DNA of 64,000 nucleotides from Saprolegnia diclina VS20 (Eukaryota): NCBI RefSeq assembly GCF_000281045.1, contig NW_008246076.1, positions 670,727 to 734,726 of the forward strand, read 5' to 3'. Shown piece by piece: positions 44,973 to 55,894 of this stretch (position 1 is its first letter; each line of letters starts with the position of its first letter). The notes under the pieces were generated by a model. It saw only the letters and a program-made list of their open reading frames with translations, ran no database searches and was not told where the DNA came from. The position numbers and the translations under genes were made by a program.

Positions 44973-47764
44973 TGGTCGTAGGGCACGAAGCGACTCGGCA
45001 AGCGAAGGCACCACGGCGCGGTGAGCCAAGTGCCGGATATGCTCTCGCGTGATAGTAGCGGCTTTGATCGCGAGCGCAAAGGGGCCTCAATGTCGTGCGG
45101 AACACGCGGTTGTTGCGTTCAAGCCATCAACGTCTAGTTTGTCGTCGAAATCACGAGGAAGCGCTATTGGATTGCGTCATACTAGTACTTGATACATGCT
45201 CCAGATTTCGCCCAATCAGCAACGACTGCGCTTCGAATTCAGTGAATATCCGCATCCAGTGACGAGCCACCAACACCATCACGAAGACCCCAATGGTATT
45301 GTCTTGCCGCCGGTCTTGACTACTCGTCAGACGCCCTGCAACGTCCACTCGCCCAAGAAGTACCAGGTTCAACGTCCGCTTGCGCCTTTGGCAAAGACCT
45401 GCGACCTGCGAAGTCCATGGACGAGGTAGCGCGCGTCGCTTGGCTGGTGCATCGAGCTGCCTCTGGCTTCTCGCAGAACGCTAAGCTTATTGATATCACG
45501 GACCACGCACCAGTTCTCGTTTGCCAGAAGACGCTCAGACTGCGAGAAGCGGTGTGGTCGTTGGTCCTCTGTGTGTTGTGGACAATGTTCGTCCATGCTA
45601 ACCTTCTGTATGCTGCGCGATTCCAAAGCCCCTTGGCAGGTGCATCGATGACTACAACCGTCGTCATGTACAAGCCACATGATAGCAACCGCAAAATGAG
45701 ATTGTATTTGCAGTCGCAGGTTTTTAGTAACGACACTTTGTTGGGGGCAAGAATCGGTCATTGCCGTATCAAAATGAACAAGTTGGAGCGCCTTAGAGAA
45801 TCACGCAGAGCGGCGTCTATACGTGCTCGTCAGTGTCGAAGGGAAGAAGGCATTTTACGTACCTGAATGTACTGCTTGTACGCGGCAGCATTGGCGTGGC
45901 CAAGAAGGTTGAGCCCCGTTGTCGTCACGGCGTCGTGGAGGCTTGAAATGGGAAGACCCCCCATCGCCTTGATGGCTTGCTGCAGCGCGTGCTGGCTGCT
46001 TGTCGACGAAAGCTGCTCCGAGGGCATCGTTTGCGTGCGCGTGAATATCCGAAAATGGGTTCCGCTCTTCGAACCTCGAGCACGAAGAGTGGGGGCACCC
46101 AAGAGTATCTTGACGCCGCCATCGTGGGAGTGGCGGGAAGACCTTGCGACTGGAACACACCAACACGCAACTGGCACGCTCTTGGGGATGCACCCGCCTA
46201 CTGACAAACTCCTATCCATAGCCTGGATCTTCCTAGGTCCTTCACTCCACCTTCCACATTTTGCACAACACTAGTCGTGCTCTGCTAGGCATCGTACTGC
46301 AAATTCTGCTTTGCCGACGCAAGGAGCGCGAAGTGCAGACAGCCGCAGCGAGTAGCCCGAGAAACAGAGGAGCAAGGGCTGTACCCATGAGCAGCTCCGT
46401 TCTGTTGGTGACACAAGGTAAGTACCGGTAGACAGATCGAATGCGCTTGAGAGGCAAGCCGTTGTGCCAAGCGCGTACCTGGACAGGTCTCGACTCCTGC
46501 GAGAATCGTGGTAGCGTGCACACCAAAGAGCGTCACACCGAGCGTTGAGCGCTGCGACGAGTGGGGCTCTTCGTCGCAGTGATACCGGGAATACCAACTG
46601 TGCAAACGAGCGATCGCAGCTGCCTGGACGGAAGTGCTCGCTCTGTGGACCATAGCCGAAGGGGCAGCTGTGCGGTGGATGACGCGACTCGAGGCAACAA
46701 CACATCATCGATCGCAAAGCTCTTTGCTGTTGCGCCATCTCTGCACCCAAGCTGCTTCGTCCGTGTACGAACGTCGTCTTGTTGACTGTACTACTGCGCA
46801 TCCAAGTACTAGAACATTACACCCTCGGCAGGCGATTGAAGCGCGCATGACCAGAGTGGGCGTGCACAGCAGTGCGCAGCGTCACGATGATTCGGAACCA
46901 GTCACACCGACGGCTGCGTTCGTGCGTCGATTACTGACGCCACACCAACGAACCCAGTTTACTACACGCTTCTTCTCCTCCGTACGGTCGAATACACTGC
47001 AAGGCAGCGAGCCAAATCAAGCGCAGCGCTACGTAGCACGTGGCCAAGGGCCAGAGCCGCGTCACGGACACCGTATTCCAACGGTATGCGTCCACGCCCG
47101 CTGTGCTGAAAGGAACGTGTGGCGGTGGTGCCGCGAAGTACCGTAGCCGTCGGTTTGACGGATGACGATTCGTCACGCTGTTACTCACTTCTAACGTCGA
47201 TGCGTTGGCTCATTGCGCACCCACGTCGGCTGCGCCACCCAGCTTCGCAAGCAAATGAACGTAGGCTTGCTTTGCTTTCTCCAGTCCTGTTCAAGGCACA
47301 AAGAACCAGAGTCCTTGGAGACTTGCTGTGACGAGAGACGTCTGAGTGTCTGACTGTCGACCGCTTGTTTTCTGGTTTGCTGCAATTTGGGTCGAGCGTG
47401 GTGGTACCGTACTTAATTTTTCACCATTTCCCACGAGGCGCGTGTAACACGTTTGCGATCTGCGTGCGGTGCTTTGCACCTGGAGCTTTGGAGCACAATG
47501 GTGTAGTAGAAAGGAGCTCTGGCGGTGTCGCTCGTAGCTAGCTGGCAGCTAGTCGCTACCGATAGCGGTAGCTAGTTGATGGTGAAGGTGTGCGAATGTG
47601 AAGGGCATGGTCGACGTCCATCGCAGTGTGGTTTTCCACATCTGGACGCGTTGCATTTCACACCACATGTGACACGAACAGCCGTCTGGTCCGTTGCACA
47701 TCATCATTCCTCCTGCGCTGACCGATGACTGAGGCATCCGGATAGCGTCACATTGGGTTTGGCG

Positions 47765-49030
47765 ATGCCGGGCACAGCCGACGACCTCGGGAGCCTGCCG
47801 CGCGGCTGGATCGTGCAGGCGCGCGACTCCAAGAGCCCGGAAGAGCACGCCAAGTACCTTCGCTACTGCCGCCTCAAGCAAAAGGGCTACCGCGAGCGCG
47901 CGGTCTCGGAGATCAAGCAGCTCGCTGCGACCGCCGCCGAGCTCGAGGCGCGGCTCGCGTCNNNNNNNNNNNNNNNNNNNNNNNNNNNNNNNNNNNNNNN
48001 NNNNNNNNNNNNNNNNNNNNNNNNNNNNNNNNNNNNNNNNNNNNNNNNNNNNNNNNNNNNNNNNNNNNNNNNNNNNNNNNNNNNNNNNNNNNNNNNNNNN
48101 NNNNNNNNNNNNNNNNNNNNNNNNNNNNNNNNNNNNNNNNNNNNNNNNNNNNNNNNNNGTGGGGGCCAACGCAGTCTCGTGGCAGCTCACGACGCTTTGG
48201 GCGGACCCGACGTCGCGCAAGCTCGGGATCGACTGGATCACGCGGGCTCGCATGCACAACACGGACGCGATGCTGCTGCAATATGGCTTTCCGTCCAACG
48301 ACGTCACGATCCTCGACTTTGATATGAAGGAGCTCGAGAACGAGACGTTCGAGTACGTGTGGCGCGATCAGCTCGTGATCGACCACCCGCACGATCTTGT
48401 TCTGGATGTGATGCGGTACCGACTCGACCAGACGATGCAGGGCACGCAGTGGCGCAGCCCTGACTCGATTGCACTGGAAAAAGACGTGCGTCAAAACTCA
48501 GATGTGGCCACCTCGACTCACCAGATTGTTGTGGAGTCTAGATCGTACAGGAAATTGGCCACACGCGGTACCAGCGGACGCTGCGCGGGTCACTGGAGCG
48601 GCCAGTCGAGTACATGAACTTTATCTGGCGCGAGTTTCACTTGCCAGAACGCACGATCATTGTGGGCCAAAACATTACAGACGACGTCACGCTCGGTGCG
48701 AGTCCGCAGTCGCGCTACATGATGTTCTGGTACGTCTCAAACGGTTGTTGCCAATCTAGAATCTAATATTCGGCGGCTAGGTACGTGCTGGACCGTGTCA
48801 ACGACTTCCAGACCAAGCTCCGTGTGCTTGCGGTCTCGTCGCACTACTTTAACGCGCGCGGGTATGTCTCGCGTGACGACGAATTTGCGCTGATCGGGTA
48901 CAAGCCGACGGGCGCCGTCGAAAACACGGAGCTCGCGCGTTTCAAGTACCACGTCTCGCGCATGTACACGCGCACGTCGGGCATGTTTGAGCGCGACCTC
49001 GATAGTTACATCGCGACCACGCTCGCATGA
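47765..49030 (+). CDS. START-like family, copy 4 (contains assembly gap)
   Basis: RKLGIDWIT..MHNTDAML, FEYVWR, IVGQNI and MFW|YVLDR. Confidence 0.75.
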
Positions 49031-49803
49031 CAACATTGTCGCCTACTAGTATATTTTTGTAGCGTTTTCTATAATTTTTGGTAACGTTATTTGCGCCTTT
49101 TTCCGAGTTGGTCGAGTTAATGTGCACCGTGATGTTGCAACAGGGGTAGGGTTCACGGGTTGGCGACCGGAAGATGACGAGCACCAACCTCGTTCCTGCA
49201 CGGCCAATCCGGATCAGTTGCAAGTAGCTATTGAATCAGTCGGCGGTGGCCAGCGCGCGCTGCCCACACGTGCGGTGGAGATGCAGCGGCTCGGTGGGAC
49301 TTGCCGTTCCGAGCTGCGTGCATACATGTACCCGACAACACGGCATGCGTGACCACAGAAACAGAGCCGACCGTCAGTCATTCAAGCGAGTCTGGCTCCG
49401 ACGTCTCTGTCATTTGAGAGAGAAACGCTAGCTGCGGCCACCTTTGGTGGAAGCGCCTTATCCACATGTGGGGGCGAGGACGACTGCCTCAAACCTACAT
49501 ACGAGAGCACGTCCAAACCAACGAAATCGATTGGTGCATCTTGGTGGACCAAAGCCGCGTTGACGCTACGTCGTCACGGTATCAGTCTCGACTGGTACAT
49601 GTAGCCCATGTTGCCGTGTGAACTCTTGCGCTCGAATGGGCAAGCGGTGGGTGTTTTTAACACCATTTCATGTCCTATATTATTTACGAATCGTTTCGGT
49701 AAAACACACAAATGGTGTACATCTCGAACACCATTTCGGTGTGTCGGTTAGAAAAACCCGTGACAAAGCGTGCGTAATCGGGCCAGATTCCTTGCCGGTG
49801 AGG

Positions 49804-51104
49804 ATGAAGGTACTGGCCGAGGGCGACCTCCGGAAGCGCTGCGCGACGCTGCCCATGATGCGCCGGCGCTACTGCATGCTGCTGCTCGATGACAGCAATA
49901 GCGCCAAGCTCAAGGTGCTCCTGCGCTCGTACAAGAGCAAGGCCGAGCGTGACGGCAGCGCCGACAGCTTTGTGTCGTCGCACGTGGTCAAGTGCATTGG
50001 CGAGTGGACGGGCAAAGGGAATCTGCATACATATCCGCATGCGTTTGTGGTCGAGACGGCGCAGAGCAAGCTCTTCCACTGCTCGGCGCCGTCCAGCGAG
50101 GCCAAGGCGAGCTGGATGCACGCGATCCCGTTTGCCGAAGATGGCCTGTACGCGCTCGTCGGGCCCGGCGTCACGCCCATTCTCTCGGCCTCGTCCCAAG
50201 ACGACGTGCCCACGCCCAACGACGCGCCGATGCCAGCGTCCTTCCACGAGTCGACGACCAACGTCCGCGAGTCGACGGCCAACGTCCGCGCGTCCCAAGC
50301 TGCGCGCCCGCCACCTCGTACGTCGTGTGCCCGTCGTAGCTAGCCCGTGTGTAAAGCATCATGTAGCTTCGCGCGAGTCGTCGACTCGTCCAGAGAGCAG
50401 CAATCTCGAGCGGCCAGTGAAAGCGCGGCCACCGAGCGTAAAGGACGCCTTGTTTCAGCGCAAGGCCAAGCAGACAACGAAGCGGGACCTTGTCGCCGAC
50501 CTCGAGATCGAAAGCGACGAGGAGGGTGCTGCGCCGGTACCCGCGACCGATCCCTATCTCTGGACGATGTCTCACGGACGACGGCGAGTAGGAGAGCGTG
50601 CTGCTCGAGCCGTCGCTGCTTGGGCCCAAGATCGACCCTTACGAAGTCGACGTGCACATTGGCTATGTGCCGCCCGCGCCCATGAAGCTGCAGTTTGAGG
50701 TCGACCCGCAGGCCACGGCGATGACGTCCGTGGCGCCGTCCAACGACAGCGACGAGGATGAGATCGTACCGATGGATCCTGATTTGTACGCGCGCATTTC
50801 GCAGCTGCGTATGGACGAAGCCAAGGAAGCAACGCGCCGACCAAAAGACGAGGCGCGACTTCGGCGGAATGAGGCCGAGCCCCGGGTGGCCCGCAAGGTC
50901 AAAGCCAAGAAGCACAAGAAAAGAGGGGCGGACGAGAGCAGTCGCGATCCGCACCACCACCACCACAGTAGCAGTAGCACGAGCCAACCTACGTTGACGT
51001 CCAAGCGAGACAAGTCGCGTCGCGAGGCGTCGCCGAGTCCGCCGGCGCCCCGTCGCGCCCCGCCACTGGTGAGGATTCGGGTTGATGGGCGGTTGGATGA
51101 CTGA
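49804..51104 (+). CDS. PH-domain protein with low-complexity C-terminus (multi-exon)
   Basis: EGDLRKR...RRRYCML...HAFVVET...FHCSAPS.EAKASWMHAI (PH). Confidence 0.75.
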
Positions 51105-51485
51105 TGTACCGCTTGTAGCCGGCGGACGATGCACCACAGCCGCATGCTGTACGACCAGCGCCCTTGCCGAAAGGACCGGCGCTGGCGCTGCCCGACATTG
51201 AGGGGTTTTAAGTCGAACAAGCATGTCGTTCAATACTCAAGTTGAACGTTTTTCTTGCTTGGAGGGAGATTGTATTTGTGCTGGCGACTGACGAGGGCTA
51301 GGTCACCACCAGTCGTATCGCCGGGATAAAGCGTGCAGAGCTGTCGAGCTCCTTGGTGCTATTGCAAGTAAAACCAGCGACTTGCTGGGGATCAAACCCA
51401 GCTCTACTTGGAGATGAACTACAAACTACATGTACTATCGACAAGGCCATTTTCAAACTGCCTTTTCCGAGCCAGGTAAAAACCA

Positions 51486-51914
51486 ATGTACCGACTCGTA
51501 GTACAAGGGATTTTGTTCAGTTTGTGTGTATACACGTGGGATTTGATGCAACGAACGGAGGCACTCGACACCTCGAGCAGCAGCGTGGTGCTGCCCGCTT
51601 TGCGACCAAGTGCGACCTTGCACGAGGCGGATGATGGATCGTCCAACGTGCTCGTCGCGTCGATGCTTGTTGCGCTTCTCGCGTTGCTCGTCGTAGCTGC
51701 GCTCCTCGTCCGCCGACGCCGCCGACAACGCACCCGCGCGGCAAGTGTCAAGTGTCTCGACCTGCCGTACGGTTTGAACCTGCCCGTGCTCTCGCCGCCG
51801 CGCCAAGCGTCTTCATTGGAGATGTACGAGTGGGTCGGCAGCACTGCGTCGCCCATGCTCGCCATCCCCGAGCACGTCCTTTGCAGCATGAACGACCGCC
51901 TCGCGCCGTTGTGA
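51486..51914 (+). CDS. Small single-pass membrane protein
   Basis: TM segment followed by an RRRRRQR stop-transfer signal. Start codon uncertain. Confidence 0.5.
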   Translation: MYRLVVQGILFSLCVYTWDLMQRTEALDTSSSSVVLPALRPSATLHEADDGSSNVLVASMLVALLALLVVAALLVRRRRRQRTRAASVKCLDLPYGLNLPVLSPPRQASSLEMYEWVGSTASPMLAIPEHVLCSMNDRLAPL

Positions 51915-52402
51915 TCCATGCAAAATGGACGTGGCAGCACACGGTCGAAGCACGGATATACAGACGACGTCGTAGTCGATACATATTACATGGGACTAAT
52001 CTCGATATCTATAAACATAGTGCGGATTCTTGACGCACTGACAAAGACTTGGCGACAACAACCAATCATCAGGTTCTCGTACTAGAGTGCTGCCAAACAT
52101 GAATGTCGTTGGCGTTGGTGCAAGTGTCTCGGTACTACTGTGCTGTCTGGGCCGTGCCTGCAGAGGTGCCATCGAGAGGGCTCATTGAGCTCGTCTCTCG
52201 TCCCCATGGGATACCTGTGTTCTTTTGAAAGGTTTAGAGCTGGGGATCTGTGTTTATTAGATCGTTAAATCAAACGCAAGCGAAGCTACGACGACGCACT
52301 CCGTGACGGCCTTGAAACCCCGTGATCTGGAGCAAAGCTGCCGAGGAGGTCGTCTGTCAGCCGCGGTGCAGGATCAAGTCAACAGTACTAGGAGTTCGCG
52401 CG

Positions 52403-52545
52403 GTTGTTGTTGAAACGAGCTATTGCATGTAACTACAAATATATGGTGGACTACCTAATGCGCTCGTGAAGCGTGGTCGGTGCGTCAAGCGAGGAGCGTT
52501 AATGGCCGTGATTTGGGAACCAGGGACAAGGTAGCGCGCGCACCA
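52403..52545 (+). repeat. Dispersed repeat copy 3 (more diverged)
   Basis: gttgttgttgaaacgag...atggtggactacctaatgcgctcgtga...cgtcaagc. Confidence 0.7.
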
Positions 52546-52833
52546 AGGGTCGTCTCGAAGGGCGTTCTGGGAGCTCGGGCGGTCGCACCATTCGATGCCA
52601 CACTCTGCACAAAACGTCATATGACGACTACATTCAAGACAGAATATATATGTCCATCGGTGTGTCGCGATCCCTCGCCGCCGCCGTGTGGTTGCTGCGC
52701 GCAGCGCGTGCCACGTCAATTGACGTTGAACGCGTTTAAGGTTGCGAGAACGCGTTTAAACACCTCCAAACGTCGTGTTGTGATTGGTCGGCGAAAATAC
52801 CGAGCAGCGGGGGCCCAGTCTTGACTTTGCACC

Positions 52834-54033
52834 ATGTTCAGCTACCTCAGCGAGACGCTCAACATCAAGAACCTCGGCGAGCTCATTGCGCCGACGCTGA
52901 CGCCCGAGCAGCAGCTGCACCAGGCCATCAGCGACGGCCTCCCCGAGAAGGTCCGCCACCTCCTCGACGACGTCAAGGTCAGCGTCAACGCGCGCACGCC
53001 CGAAGGCTCGTACCCGATCCACTCGGCTGCGTACGCCGGGCGCGTCGACATCTTTAACCTCCTCCTCGAGCGCGGCGCCGACATTACGACGCTGGGGCCG
53101 CGCGGCAACACGCCGCTGCACCTCGCCTGCGCCCAAGGCCACTTTGAGCTGGCCAAGCTCCTCGTCGGCCGCGGGGCCAACGTCGCCCAGCGCAACCAGA
53201 GCGGCCGCACGTCGTACGATGTGGCCAAGGGCGACAGTTTGCGCCAATTTTTGCTCCCGCTGCAGTTCCAGCACGAAGACCCGACCGAGCGCGCGGCCGC
53301 GGTGCAGCAAGCCCACCAAATGGGCTTGACGGGGTTCCACGACCCGACGATGCCGCAGGCTGCGATCGCGCCGCCGCCGACGAGCATTCCGTATGGGTCG
53401 GCGCCGCCCATGGGGGGCGGGTACCAAGACGCACCGATGGCGTCCGACCCGCACGCAGCATTGTACGCACCGCCGACGCACAGTGCGATTCCGCGCGGCG
53501 CCGCAGCCCGCCGGGACCCCAAGGTCACCCGACCTATTGCAGCCGACGGGTTTGGCTCGAGCGTTGGCAACGCTGAGCTCACTGCGTTTTACGGCAACAC
53601 GGTCTCGATCAACCAAGCGGTGCCGCCGCCGCCCGTCATGGCGGGACCGCCGTCGCACCCGATGACGGCCGCGTCGACACTGGCCCCGGCCCCCGCACCG
53701 CGCAAGAGCGTGCCACCCCAGTTCAAGATCTTCAACCCCAAGCTCGCCCAGCAAAACCACAGCCAAGACGGTGTCGGGCGCCCGCAGTCGGCCGGCAACC
53801 AGCACCCGGAACCTATGACGTCGGCGGCGTCGTTTGGTCCGAGCTCGGGCCCGTCGGCCATGGGCCAGGCGTCGTATGCGCAGCAGTCGTATGCGCCATA
53901 CCACGCGGCGCCCACGTACAATACGTCATCGTTTGGCCAGCACCAGCAACCTGCGTTCCCGCCGTCGCCCGATGGCCGCTACGTGCAAGAAGAGTCGGTG
54001 GACTTTTCGGCCCACACGAGCGCACTGCAGTAA
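52834..54033 (+). CDS. Ankyrin repeat protein with Pro-rich tail
   Basis: YPIHSAAYAGR, GNTPLHLACAQGHFELAKLLV and GRTSYDVA. Confidence 0.9.
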   Translation: MFSYLSETLNIKNLGELIAPTLTPEQQLHQAISDGLPEKVRHLLDDVKVSVNARTPEGSYPIHSAAYAGRVDIFNLLLERGADITTLGPRGNTPLHLACAQGHFELAKLLVGRGANVAQRNQSGRTSYDVAKGDSLRQFLLPLQFQHEDPTERAAAVQQAHQMGLTGFHDPTMPQAAIAPPPTSIPYGSAPPMGGGYQDAPMASDPHAALYAPPTHSAIPRGAAARRDPKVTRPIAADGFGSSVGNAELTAFYGNTVSINQAVPPPPVMAGPPSHPMTAASTLAPAPAPRKSVPPQFKIFNPKLAQQNHSQDGVGRPQSAGNQHPEPMTSAASFGPSSGPSAMGQASYAQQSYAPYHAAPTYNTSSFGQHQQPAFPPSPDGRYVQEESVDFSAHTSALQ

Positions 54034-54836
54034 CGTTAGTAGCTTAGGAATATAATCAATCGAGTATCAGCGAGTTGTATGTAGGACAACACAGCGTGTG
54101 CCTGTAGAAGCAACGTATAGAGTGCAAAGCCGTGCAGGAATCGAAGCGTCAAGTCGACTGGCGTATACGTCTCTGGGTGCAGCAGAGGCGCACGCCAGCC
54201 ACCTCGTGTTGTCCGACGATGACGTGCTGCAGTGCCCGTCAAGGCTCCCGTCTGCCCGTCAGCTCGTCGACTCAAACGTACATGCAACCGATGTACTACA
54301 CTATGAAGGGAATCGCGCAGTTAACGATGCCCATGTCGCTCCAAGCGACGCTTGGCTGTGGAAGTACACTGTAGCCGACTGGATACTTCAACGTCCGTCG
54401 AATCTGGTGGGTGCCAGATCATTTTTGTGGTCGTAACTCTGGCCAGGATCTCAGACCACGGGCGTTGTGCACCTGGAAAAGCCAGGACGGACGGAGATAC
54501 GAGCTACTTGGTGTACTTGAAGCAATGTTGAAGCCCGCGGTTAATGCCACATTGCAGCGCGTCGCAACACCAAGTCCGTCGGCGGTCGGCGGTCGATCGT
54601 GCGCGGTTTCCACTAAAGAAGAGAAGAAGAGAGGCGGCAAGAGCCCTGTGCTGCATGATGACGAGCACGAGGTCGGCCGACGCCGTGACGAAGGCCGCGA
54701 AAGCCAGCGCTCGACGAACGCTGGGATCCCGTCGCAGGTGATATCGCCGGTCGTGATTGGGTGACGCCAGTGCCATCTGGCGATTCGATTCGACGCGGCC
54801 AGTTTGCAGTTTGCCTTTTGGACGCTGGAAAGCAGC

Positions 54837-55829
54837 ATGTTGACAGCCCCGTCGTTGGTGCTCCTCCTCGCGGGCGCGGCGGCCGCGACCAACTCGACCT
54901 TTGTCTTCAAGGTGGACATGACCGTGCAGGGCGTCCGCGCCAGCCGCAACCAAGACAACGTGCTCATCCCGTGCCAGAGCAACGTCTGCGTGCCGTCGGG
55001 CGGCGCGAGCTTCGAGTTTTGCCGAACAGCGTGCAACTCGGAGGCGGGCCAGGCCGACTGCGCGTCCAAGTGCACGTGCAACGGCACAAAGCCCGGCTTC
55101 ATGTGCGCCGGCGTCTGCAACGCGGCCAAGACGGCCGACGAGTGCGGATCGCCCGTCTTTCAAAAATGCATTGGCCAAGACCTCGTGTGCGACCGGACAC
55201 CGCCGTCGCCAGCGCCGAGTCCGTCGTCGACGCCAGCGCCCAGCTCGTCGCCCAACCCAACGCCGAGCCCATCTTCCAACCCGACACCTAGTCCGACACC
55301 GTCGCCCAGTTCATCGCCTTACCCGACGCCAAGCCCGACCTCCAACCCGACGCCAAGCCCTTCGTCTAGCCCTTCACCGAGTCCTTCGCCGAGTCCATCT
55401 TCGTCGCCTAGTCCGGCGCCGACGCAGCGCGTGCGCTTTGTCAAGCTCCAGAGCCCGGGCGAGGCCCACTTGATCGAGTACTACACGGGCCTGTACTTTG
55501 GCGCTGGTCAAAACAACGCGAATGACGCGTTCGACTGGGACCCGTCGGTCGGGTCGATTCGCTCGGTGAGCGGCAACGCGTGCCTCGACGCGTTTCTTGC
55601 GGATGACAAGAAGTTCTACCTGCACACGTACCCGTGCGACGCGGCCAACCCGAACCAGTGGTGGATCTACGACGATGGCGCGCGCCAAGTGCGCCACAAG
55701 ACCCACAGCAACATGTGCCTCGACGCCGACCCGTCCGACGCCGACAAGAAGGTGCAAATGTACACTTGCGCCCAAGGCAACGCGCACCAGTACTTTGAGA
55801 TGCGCCCGATCTTGTCGCGTGGACAGTAA
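54837..55829 (+). CDS. Secreted protein: 12-Cys domain, Ser/Pro linker, ricin-B (CBM13) lectin
   Basis: Signal peptide, (PSP)n linker, and CLDA...C...NPNQWW, CLDAD...C...NAHQYF ricin repeats. Confidence 0.85.
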   Translation: MLTAPSLVLLLAGAAAATNSTFVFKVDMTVQGVRASRNQDNVLIPCQSNVCVPSGGASFEFCRTACNSEAGQADCASKCTCNGTKPGFMCAGVCNAAKTADECGSPVFQKCIGQDLVCDRTPPSPAPSPSSTPAPSSSPNPTPSPSSNPTPSPTPSPSSSPYPTPSPTSNPTPSPSSSPSPSPSPSPSSSPSPAPTQRVRFVKLQSPGEAHLIEYYTGLYFGAGQNNANDAFDWDPSVGSIRSVSGNACLDAFLADDKKFYLHTYPCDAANPNQWWIYDDGARQVRHKTHSNMCLDADPSDADKKVQMYTCAQGNAHQYFEMRPILSRGQ

Positions 55830-55894
55830 TGCATAACCTTTTTTTCTATTTCGTACAAGTTGTACACATTGTGAGTCCGATTGAAACCGTCGAC

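Noticed and set aside
55195..55420. Repetitive DNA as mobile element or satellite
   Set aside because: Encodes the Ser/Pro/Thr linker of the ricin-domain protein.
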